From Dendrobates tinctorius (taxonomy: Eukaryota): 64,000 nucleotides of DNA. The notes under the pieces are model-generated. The model was not told the origin of the DNA and did not search any database. It was given only the letters and a program-made list of their open reading frames with translations. Positions 47,501 to 59,500 of this stretch are shown piece by piece. The stretch covers positions 37,758,001 to 37,822,000 of the forward strand of contig NW_027361679.1 of assembly GCF_039654945.1 (NCBI RefSeq). Direction: 5' to 3'. The first letter of the stretch is position 1; every line of letters starts with the position of its first letter. The position numbers were made by a program, and so were the translations under genes.

Positions 47501-50500
47501 TAAAAATGACTGCTACATTTGTAAAACTCCTAAAAGGCTAACAAAATAAAAGAACATTTTACAAATGGTGCTGATGTAAAGCCGACATGTGGGAAATGTT
47601 ATTTATCAATGCTTTTGTGTGGTATGACTATCTGGATTAAAGGGATAATCATTCCAAGTTTGAAAATTGCAATTTTGTTTTACATTTTTGTCAAATTTCT
47701 GATATTTTTTATAAATAAACACAAAACATATAGAAATAAATTTACATTAACAAAGTACAACATGTCACTAAAAACAATCTCAAAATCATTGGGATCTGTT
47801 GAACCATTCCAGAGTTATTACATCATAAAGGGACACTGGTCAAATTTCTAAAATTTGGCCCTATCACTAAGGCACCGTCAAGCTACGCTGTTATCCGTGA
47901 CAGCGTGACAGCATAGCGTGTTACTAAAGGTAATGTTTGAGACTGTGGTCTCAATTCTCTTCAGGTCATTGACCAGGAACTCCCATGCAGTTCTGGGCTT
48001 GTTCCTGACCTTTCCCAGAATTGGTGGAGATGTTGGAGTGTGACTGAGTGTGTGGACAGGTGTTTTTTTACAGGTAACGAGTTCAAACAGGTGCAGTTAA
48101 TACAGGTAATGAGTGCAGCGTAAAAGGGTTTCTTAAAGAAAACTAACGGGTCTGCGAGAGCCAGAATTCTTGCTGGTGATCAAATACTTATTTCATGCAA
48201 TAAAATGCAATTTAATTAAGTAAAAATCATTCAACGTGATTTTCTGGATTTTTTTTCAAATTCTGTCTCTCACAATAGAAGTGAAAAAATTACAGACCTC
48301 TGCATTTTTGTAGGTGGGAAACTTGCAAAATTGGCAGTGTATCAAATACTTATTTTCACCACTGTATGTCACACAAAATAGTTAATAAATAACATCTACC
48401 ACATGTCTACATCTGTATCATTTTTTAAACTTTTTTTTTGGAAGTTAAAAGGGTTAAATTTTGATCAGCAATGTCTCATATTTCCATCAAAATTTACAAA
48501 ACCTTTTTTTAGAGCCACATCAAAATTTAAGTGGCTTTGGGGGCCTATATGATAGAAAATACCAAAAGTAATACCATTCAAAAAACTGCACCCCTGAAAG
48601 TCCCCAAAACCACATTCAATAAGTTTATAAACCCTTCAGGTGTTTCACAGGAATAAATGGAATGTGGAAGGGAAAGAAAATACATTGTGCTTTTTTTTCA
48701 CAAAAATTTTTCTTTAGCTCAAAACTTTTTATTTTCACAAGGGTAATAGGAGAAAATGCACCATACAGTTTGTTGTGCAATTTCTCCTGAGTACGCCAAT
48801 ACCTAATATGTGGAGTAAAACTACTGTTTGGGCGCACAGTAGAGCTCGGAAGGGAAGGAGCACCATTTAACTTTTTGAATGCAAAATTTGCTGAAATCAT
48901 TAGCGGACACCATGTCGCGTTTGGAAAGCCCCTGTTGTGCCTAAATAGTGGAAATCCCCCACAAGTGACCCCATTTTATAACTAGACCCCTCAATGAATG
49001 TATCTAGATGTGTGATGAGCACTTTGAACCCCAAGGTGATTCACAGAGTTTTATAATGTAGAGCAGTGAAAAATGTTCGTTTTGACTCAATTTTTTTATT
49101 TTAACAAGGATAATAGGAGAAAATGGAACTCAAAATTTGTTGTGCAATTTTTCCAGAGTTCGCAGATGCCACATCTGTGGGGGAAAACTACTGTTTGGGA
49201 GCACAGCAGGACTTAGAAAGGAAGAAGTGACGTTTTGGAATGCAGACTTTGGTGGAATGTCTGTGAGCGTCATGTCATGTTTGGAGAGCCCCTAATGTGC
49301 CTAAACAGTGAAACCACCCCACAATTACCCAGTTTTAGAAACTAGACCCTGATGGACCTGAGTGAGGACTTGCATGTTTTGTGGCTTGAGTTGAAGCATT
49401 TGTTGGGAACATTTTACATAACATTTTGGATCACATTTATCTGGCGCTCTACACTGAGCACTTACTTTGGGGTTTCCATCTAAATCTTAGAATGATGTGA
49501 TTCAGATGAAACCCTGAGGGATCCATTCACTATAATGAGACAGCAGAGTTTCTCTGGACTCTGTCTGGCCTCTGTTCAACAGTCTCCTTTTCAGAGGTGC
49601 ACAAAACTGAGGTTGACTATATTTTTATGCATGCCTAAAAAGAGGGACACCGCCAGATCATAGGCCAAGCAGCGTCAACTCTGTCCCCACCTGCCTCATT
49701 ATAGGGAATCTTCTGGCAGGGGCTTTCTGAATCACGTATTCCAGAGATTTACACTGAAACCGTGGTGTAAGCACTCAGCGTAGACCACAGGATAAATGTG
49801 AGCCGAGGCTTACCACAATCTTTGCAAGGCAGAATGAAAAAGTCAGCAGCAGGTGAAGAATTTTTATGATTTATTTATTTTTTTCTTTAAATCAAAATAA
49901 AGCTTTTTTTTAACAAAAAAAGTCATAGAAAGTTATATTCCACTTCCATGGTGCTATGTAGTATAACAGAAATATAATAATGTGGTATAATATAAAGCAA
50001 ATAGAGCAGGCTGTAGGCTGACATATATTAAAAACTCGTTCATACGTGTCCCTTCTCTGTCACTGTTCTCCTGCCATAAAGTGATTGTTCACTTATGAAC
50101 ACCATTTGAGACTTAATATAGTTATAGGGCTCACATGACAACTTTTTTCTTTTAAATTAAAATATGCAAATAAACATTTTTATGACAAGTACAAATCTAA
50201 AAAAAGAGAAAATCAAAAGGTATAAGTGACATATTAAAGTGCACACAGCAAGTAGTAGAGGATGGACCCATAAAAGTCCCAGAGTTCTGCCTCAGAACTT
50301 CTTCTTAGTATTTCAGATTGAGGTGTTTAGGCATTTCAGAGCGCGAACAGCATTCTTTCTACTGGTAATCATTATGTAAGAACACATCAGTTGTGCTACT
50401 GGTATTGTGCAGGACACTTACTTTGTGCAGTGTCCAATGAAAAGGTCACACTTACCAGAATTGACAAACAGAAAAAATATTAATTCTATATAATTATAAT

Positions 50501-53500
50501 TCAATATAATTTCTATATATATAATTACCCATTATTTTTGCTACCCATAAACCATTTCCTGCTGTTACATGCTGGTATGTATGTGTGTTGCAAAGAGTCT
50601 CCTTTTTTCTATTTCCATGAGCTTTGTTATCCATATTCTGTAAGCATATTCTCACACACTTCATGGCATATCATTTTTATCATTTGCAGAACTTACATTC
50701 CAGTCTGCTTGAGGTTCTCTATAGAAACAGATCAGACCTGGAAACAATATTTCGGATTATTGATAGTGACAGCTCAGGTGAGTATGAGTGTTGCATCTAT
50801 CAATAACAGGTATGCATTATGCTAATATTTTTATTTGTAGTGGTGCCGATAGACCTCTGCTGTACTAACAGTTCTACTGGAAAAAAAATCAGAAGAAACT
50901 TGGATGTAATATTTGGCTAAAAAGGAGTACTAAAGTATTCATGCTTCATATTGGATGATACACTTCCTGTGGCTCTCAGGATGCTCAGGCTGTAGGATGG
51001 TTTTGTAGGCTATGTTCACATCATGTTTTAGCCACTGAAAAACAGGATTCAGGCATATCCACCAACAAGGCCAGTGACTTTAATAAAGCAGATTGATAGA
51101 CTTTGTGCTCTGTCTGACACCCTTTTCCAGATGGGTACAAAAAAAGTGGTTGACTGCATTTTTTTGACCAGGGCCGGTACAAAGTACTTTGGTGCCCGAG
51201 GCATATGAAACCAAAGGCACGCTCCCAACCCACCACAAAGCAAAGGAATGGCTCAGAGACAACGGTAACAGAAACACTAATTCTAATCCCCCTTCCCCTC
51301 TGAAGGGTTAGGTAGAAAACTCTGATGATCACTTCCACTAGTATTGTTACTTTTTTCACAATTTTTTTTTAATCAAAAGTAAAAAAATGTGGTGTACTTT
51401 ATGGATGTGAGTTTACAGGGAGTGCAATTTCAAAGTTAGATACAGATATTCATCCCTGAAAGCCTATATTTTAAATGTAGAACCCAAAGATAGTTATGGA
51501 AGATAATAAAGAGTAACTATAATTGGGGTATTTTGGTTTCAATTAAGGTGTTCAGCAAATACTCTAATGGAAAATGAGCAAACCCCCATTATAAATAAAA
51601 TGGATACGTATAATGGTTTTTGCATCTGTCATGCAACAAATACAGCTTGTACACTGATGGTAGTTCTGGTGATATATTCATGTGGCGATTGTTGTTTTGG
51701 TGCTGTATTCATGTACGGTTGATGATTCTGGTGATATGTTAACCCCTTAGTGAAACCCTTTTTGCAGCTTAATGACCAGGCCAATTTTTACAATTCTGAC
51801 CACGGTCACTTTATGAGGCTATAACTCTGGAACTCTATAACGGATCCCGCTGATTCTGAGATTGTTTTTCTCGTGACATATTGCACTTCATGCTAGTGGT
51901 AACAATTCTTCGATATGACTTGTGTTTATTTATGAAAAAAACGGAAATATGGCAAAAACATTTAACATTTTGCAATTTTCAAACTTTAAATTTTTATGCC
52001 CTTAAATCAGAGAGATATGTCACATAAATTACTTAATAAATAACATTTCCCACATGTCTACTTTACATCAGCACAATTTTGGAAACAATTTTTTTTTTTA
52101 ATTAGGAAGTTATAAGGGTTAAAAGTTGACCAGTGATTTCTCTTTTTTACAACAAAACTTAGAAAACCATTTTTTTAGGGACCACATCACATTTAAAGTC
52201 ACCTTGAGGGGTGTACATGACAGAAAATATGCAAAAGTGACACCATTCTAAAAACTGGACCCCTCAAGGTGCTCAAAACCACATTCAAGAAGTTAATTAA
52301 CCCTTTATGTGCTTCACAGGAACTGAAGTAATGTGGAAGGAAAAAATTAACAATTAACTTTTTTTCCCCAAAAATTTACTTCAGAACCAATTTTTTTTAT
52401 TTTCACAAGTGTTGAAAGAGAAAATGAACCCCAAAAGCTGTTGTGCAATTTGTCCTGAGTATGCCAATACCACATATGTGAGGGTAAACCTATGTTTGGG
52501 TGCACGGCAGAGCTCGGAAGGGAAGAAGCGCTGGTTTGACTTTTTCAATGCAGAACTGGCTGGAATTGAGATCGGATGCCATGTTGCCTTTGGAGAGCCC
52601 CTGATGTGCCTAAACAGTGGAAACCCCACAAGTGACACCAATTTGGAAACTAGACCCCCTACTGAACTTATCTAAATGTGTGGTGAGCACTTTGAACCCC
52701 CAAGGGCTTCACAGAAGTTTATAAAGTAGAGCCGTGAAAAAATATATATATTTTTCCCACAAAAATGATCTTTTCGCACCAAAATTTTTATTTTCACAAG
52801 GGTAACAGGAGAAAATAGACCACAAAAGTTGTTGTGCAATTTATTCTGAGTACGCCAATACCCCATATGTGGAGGCAAACCACTGTTTGCGTGCACGGTA
52901 GAGCTCAGAAGGGAAAGAGTTCCGTTTTGGAATTTAGACTTTGATGGAATGGTCTGCGGGCATCATGTTGAGTTTGCAGAGCCCCTGATGTGCCTAAACA
53001 GTAGAAACCCCCACCAAGTGACCCCATTTTGGAAACTAGACCCCCCAAGGAACTTATCTAGATGTGTTGTGAGAACTTTTAACCCCCAAATATTTCACTA
53101 AAGGTCATAACGCAGAGCTGTGAAAATAAAAAATCATATTTTTTTCCCACAAAAATGATTTTTTAGCCCGCAATTTTTTATTTTCACAAGGGTAACAGGA
53201 GAAATTGGACCCCAAAACTTGTTTTCCAAATTGTCCTGAGTACGCTGGTACCCCATATGCGGGGCGGGGGGGACCACTTTTTTTTAAGCACACGTCGGAG
53301 CTCGAAAGGGAAGTAGTGACTTTTGGAATGCAGACTTTGATTAAATGGTCTGTGGACATCATGTTGCATTTGGAGAGCCCCTGATGTGCCTAAACAGTAG
53401 AAACCCCCCCACAAGTGACCCTATTTTGGAAACTAGACCAACCAAGGAGCTTATCTAGATGTGTGGTGAGCTCTTTGAACCCCCTAGTGTTTCTCAGAAG

Positions 53501-56500
53501 TTTTTAATGCAGAGCCGTTAAAATGAAAAATCTTTTTTTTTTTAGCCCCCAATTTCTTATTTTCTAGACCCCCTAAGTTGTTGTGCAATTTGCCCTCAGT
53601 ACGCTGATGCCCCATATGTGGGGGAAACCACTGTTTGGGCGCACGGCAGAGCTCAGAAGGAAGGGAGCACTGTTTGATTTTTTTGAGCGCAAAATTGGCT
53701 GGAATCAATGGTGGCGCCATGTTGCGTTTGGAGACCCCCTGATGTACCTAAACAGTGGAAACCCCTCAATTCTAACTCCAACCCTAACCCCAACACATCC
53801 CTAACCCTAATCCCAACCATAACCCTAACTCCAACACAGCCCTAACCCTAATCCCAACCCTAACCATAACCCTACTCACAACCCTAACCCCAACCCACTC
53901 CTAACCCTAATCCCAACCCTAAGGGTATGTTTCCACTCTGCGTGCTGGCAGTGCTTTGGACGCAGCGGATACTCGGCTCCGCTCAAAGAGCTTCCAACTT
54001 TTGTACGCGCGGTGATTCCAGATGTATTCATTGAACACATCCGGAATCACCGCATCCTATCCATAGACTGGGTTATTTATCTTGCAGAAGGAGTGTCTCC
54101 GCAAGATAAATAGACATGCTGCGGTCTTGAAAAAAAATATATAAAGTGCTCTCAGTGAGAGAAACTAAATAGGAATCTTGTGGGTATGATACCTTTTAAT
54201 GGCTAACAAATAATAGTGAATGATGTTACAAAGCAAACTTTCGAGACAACTTATGTCTCTTCATCAGGCTGATATAACAAAATATTTGAAGAAACCTTAT
54301 TTATATACAGTGGAGAGTACATGCATGGTGTGATACATGGACATTTCAATAAACAAACACTGAGCTTGAAGAGAGAATCCTTAATTAGGTAAGATTAGAT
54401 AAGTGGTGTGAAAGTTCTGTAAGATCAATGGGCTATTTGGAGGAAATAGCTCAGATATAGTAATAAAACCTCCTGACAGATTGGGCCCTGTGTGAATAGA
54501 ATCAAAGATTGTAATGAATTTGTGTTCCCACACCCTGCGATGTTTCTGTGATTTAAAATTGCCTTTTAAAATGACAACTTTCATATTGTCTATGTTGTGT
54601 CCTGGACCACAGAAATGTTTGGCCACAGGTAAATGCGTTTTTTTGTCTGTTATTGTATGACGATGAGACCTCATCCTTGCTCTCAGTCTCTGTTCTGTTT
54701 CTCCAACATAGAGGCCACCAACAGGACATATATTGCATAGAATTAAATACACAACATTCGAAGAGGAACATGTGAATGTCCCAGGGATCTTATAGCCCTG
54801 CTGTGTGTTGGGGATTTGGATTTTGTCTTTGGTCTCTATATGAATGCAGGTTTTGCATCTTCTCCCATTGCAAGGATATGTTCCTCTTGGTGAATCTGAG
54901 GGCATTGAACATAGGATAATGATAATGATGTTTATTAGATTGGGAGGTTGCCTGTAACAGCAAGGGGGGGTCTTTGAATAGTATTTTAACCAGTCATCCT
55001 TGTGTAGGATATGGTGAAGTTTTTTAGCCATTTTTCTCAGTATTTCAAGCAGTGGGTTGGGTTGTAGATCACTACCAGAGGTACACGATGATTTTCCTCT
55101 TTTTTTCTGTATTGAAGTACTTGACTTCTAGGGATCCTTGTTGCCCTAACGATCTGATCATCAATGGAGGTGGGATGGTAACCTTGATTTAAAAATGACA
55201 TTTTAAGCTGGTGTGTTCTTGAAAGACCTGCAGCATGTCTATTTTCGGGTGTGACACCCGCGCCCCTGCACACATAGTGGAGACTGGATTTCATAAAATT
55301 CCCTCCACTATGCTGTATCATCTGGACTCTGCAGATTGAACACTACGTGGAAACATATCCTAATTCCAACCCTAACTTTAGCCCAATTGTAACCCTAATG
55401 GAAAAATGGAAATATATATTTTTTATTTTATTATTTTTCCCTAACTAAGGGGGTGATAAAGGGGGGTTTTATTTACTTTTTTATTTTGATCACTGTGATA
55501 GGGTTTATCACAGTGATCAAAATGTACCTGGAATGAATCAATGGAATCTGCTGGGTGCCGGCCATGCGCATGCGCCCGCCATTATCTTTACAGGGAGAAG
55601 ATGCCGGGAGCCGTGGGAGGACCGGGGGTGGGGACACCGGGAAGTAGGGGGGACAGATCGGGGGACCCAGGGACTCCCTTTCTCTCCCCTCTGATGTGCG
55701 ATCACATCAAAGGAGAAAATAAATGCGAAATTGCGGCTTTTTTGTTGCGGTCGCCATTGCACGGTTAATAACGGCGATCGCAACACCGGGGTCGGTAAAT
55801 ACCGACCCGAATCATGTTCTCTGGGGTCTCGGCTACCCCCGGCAGCCAAGACCCCGGAGAAATTCCAACTCTGGTGGGCACTATTTACTTTTTCCATCAT
55901 CAGTTCATGAATATGAAGCCAAAATCATCATCAGTATATAATTAGCGCACCAGAGCCATCAATAGTATATGAATAAGGCACCAGAAACAACATCAGTAAA
56001 TAAATACATCACCAGAACCAACGTGAGTACTTGAATGTCACCAAAACCACCATCAGTAGATGAATATGTCACCAGAACCACCATTAGTACATGACTGCAT
56101 CACTAGATCCATCATCAGTACATGAACACATCAACAGACCCATCATCAGTACTTTACTAAGTCACCAGCACCATCATCAGTACAATAATATGTCACCAGA
56201 ACCACCATAAGTATAAGAATACATGACCAGAACCAAGAGCACTTGAATAAAAGAACCAAGCTTAGTACAAAGATCAATTGTAACATCAAGACAGTCCCAT
56301 AAACAATTGTATCACATGAACTCACAACCCTACAACTCCCATTATGTCCTTAACAATTGTAAAGAGATACTGGAAGTTTTTATTAACAGCCATCATCAGA
56401 TTGTGGGCAATACATAAAGCACAGTATTGATGAGAATTAGTCAGTATCACAAATAAACATTTACATCCAAGTACCTTATACCAGTGTTGTGCAAATTAAT

Positions 56501-59500
56501 TGGGACAAAGCATTTTTTTAAGTAAAATCGTCAGTTGGTTACCAGTCAGTGATTCAAACCAGTTTTAACTGCTTTAAACAGGTGTGAGTGTAGATTACCT
56601 CTTTTCTGGAGTCATCTTTTTCTTTTCATCTCCATCTTGTCTAGATGCCATGATGAGTTTTCACATCCACAGCTTTTCTCTGCAGACCTCCCGCTTCTCC
56701 AATCTTTTGCAGCACATCCCAACACAGTGAGCTTGCAAACAGTGTTATTAAAATGCCCTCTGCATAAAAATATGTCCACATTATTATTACAATAAATCTC
56801 CTATAGTATATGGCCTCCACACTGTCTACCATTATCAGCTATAACCGCCACACCATCTGCCCTTATGAGCCATATCCTATATCCATGGCTGTCCCCTCTC
56901 TAATTTTCTATTACACTTTCTATATCTCCACACTGTCCTCCTCCATGCTAACCCCTCTCCATATTGTGCCTCTATTTCATGCTGTCCCCTCTCCATATCC
57001 ATTCTGTGCCCCTTTTCATACTATGCCTTCATACTGCCCACCACGCTGCCCTCTTCATACTGTAACCACTCCTCACACTCACCCTACACAGTATGATGGC
57101 CACGCATACCGTATGATATCCACAATCCCCCCCAATATATGATATGGTCTCCACCACAGACCCCCCCCCATAAATAGTATGATGTCCAATACAGCCTCCA
57201 TGTATACTATGATGGTCCCCACAACATCTCAGAGTATTATGGCCCATAAATAACACCCCAAACAGTATGATATTCACCACAGCTCCCAATACAGTATGGT
57301 TTCTACAGCTCCTTGTATACTTTGCTGTCCCCCCCTTCACAGCTCATTTCATGGGCCTGTTTATTCCCCCCATCAGCACAGCCCCTTAGTTTATTGCCCC
57401 ATATACACAACAGCACATTTTATCTCCCCTCTGCACATCTCCTCAGTTTATTACCCCATTTATAATAATAATAATTTTATTTCTATAGTGCCATCATATT
57501 CTGCAGCACTTTACATTTTAGAGGGGACTTGTACAGACAATAGACATTACAGCATAACAATAAATATGGTAAGCACAATAACCAAGCCCATTATCCTTCA
57601 AAGGAGCGGGCTACACTCTCAATGCACAAATATATCACAAAGGTTATGTCACTGTCAGGTGACCCAATAACCAAGAGTGTCACTCATTTCATAAAATACA
57701 TGTTTTATTAAACATTAATTGACAAACAACCATAAAACCATTGCCTCAAACCAACAGTTATAGGAAGGAGAAACAGCAAAAGGATACAAATTCAATTATA
57801 TAATGAGTCAAAATTTAAAGAAAATGACTACAGTATCCTGAATAATATAATATGCCCAACAATATACTTAGTATTTATTGATTAGATACATTTTTAATAA
57901 AACTATAGAAAATTGCATGCAAAAAACCTGCATAGGTGTGAATAAAATTTACTGCCTTAATTTGAATAGAATCTAACACACAATTCACACCATTGAAAAA
58001 CTATTCATTAATCAGCTGTTCCTGCTGCTACACCACCATAGCATGGCTGTAGAAAATTGCATGCAAAAACCTGCATAGATGTGAATAAAATTTACTGCCT
58101 TAATGTGACCCCCAGGAAGAAGCACGGGCGAAACGCGCGCTGGGGTGCGGGGAAGCAGCATCCTACTCTATGCCTAACTCCACTGTGCACACTGCTTAGG
58201 TAATATGTATTTGGCCATTCATTCATCACATTTATTTTCATGCTTTGGGTCATTTTAGCCTGCATACATGAGAGGCTGTGGTAGCGCTGTAGCAGCAATG
58301 GCTGCATATATTGCATATTGTGGGTGATTAGAATCCACATATGTGTAAGGCTATGGTGGTGTAGCAGCAGCAATAGCTGATTAATGAATAGTTATTTAAT
58401 GGTGTGAATTGTGTGTTAGATTATATTCAAACCAAGGCAGTATATTTTATTCACATCTATGCAGGTTTTTGCATGCAATTTTCTACAGCCATTTAGCCCT
58501 GTTGTATCTAATTAAAGATACTAAGTATATTGTGGGGCATATTATATGTGTAAAGCTATGGTGGTGTAGCAGCAGCAACAGCTGATTAATGGTGTGAATT
58601 ATGTGTTAGATTCTATTCACATTAAGGCAGTAAATTTTATTCACATCTATTCAGGTTTTTGCATGCAATTTTCTGCAGCCATGTGTAAGGCTATGGCGGT
58701 GTAGCAGCAGCAACAGCTGATTAATGAATAGTCATTCAATGGTGTGAATTATGTGTTAGATTCTATTCACATTAAGGCAGTAAATTTTATTCACATCTAT
58801 GCAGGTTTTTGCATGCAATTTTCTGCAGCCATGTGTTAGGCTATGGCGGTGTAGCAGCAGCAACAGCTGATTAATGAATAGTTATTCAATGGTGTGAATT
58901 ATGTGTTAGATTCTATTCAATTTAAGGCAGTAAATTTTATTCACGCCTATGCAGGTTTTTTGCATGCAATTTTCTATAGTTTTATTAAAAATGTATCTAA
59001 TCAATAAATACTAAGTATATTGTTGGGCATATTATATTATTCAGGATACTGTAGTCACTTTCTTTAAATTTTGACTCATTATATAATTGAATTTGTATCC
59101 TTTTGCTGTTTCTCCTTCCTATAACTGTTGGTTTGAGGCAATGGTTTTATGGTTGTTTGTCAATTAATGTTTAATAAAACATGTATTTTATGAAATGAGT
59201 GACACTCTTGGTTATTGGGTCACCTGACAGTGACATAACCTTTGTGATATATTTGTGCATTGAGAGTGTAGCCCGCTCCTTTGAAGGATAATGGGCTTGG
59301 GTATTGTGCTTACCATATTTATTGTTATGCTGTAATGTCTATTGTCTGTACAAGTCCCCTCTAAAATGTAAAGTGCTGCAGAATATGATGGCACTATAGA
59401 AATAAAATTATTATTATTATTATAAATGGGGTAATAAACTGAGGAGCTGTGCAGAGGGGAGATAAAATGTGCTGTTGTGTATATGGGACAATAAACTGAG

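Larger units (their letters stand above)
45770..49350 (+). mobile_element. Kolobok/T2-like non-autonomous element (partial), interrupted by a Tc1 element
   Basis: Colinear with 9999-11700 and 51740-53400 on both sides of the Tc1 insertion. Confidence 0.75.
53923..55360. mobile_element. Harbinger-type MITE inserted in the CCCTAA tract
   Basis: TIR GGGTATGTTTCCAC / GTGGAAACATATCC; TAA TSD. Confidence 0.85.
51739..55895 (+). mobile_element. Kolobok/T2-like element with tandem internal units and a telomere-like tract
   Basis: TTAACCCCTT left end; homologous to 9999-13505. Confidence 0.75.

Noticed and set aside
58340-58980. CRISPR-like periodic array
   Set aside because: Whole units repeat with no unique spacers, there are no cas genes, and the context is eukaryotic.
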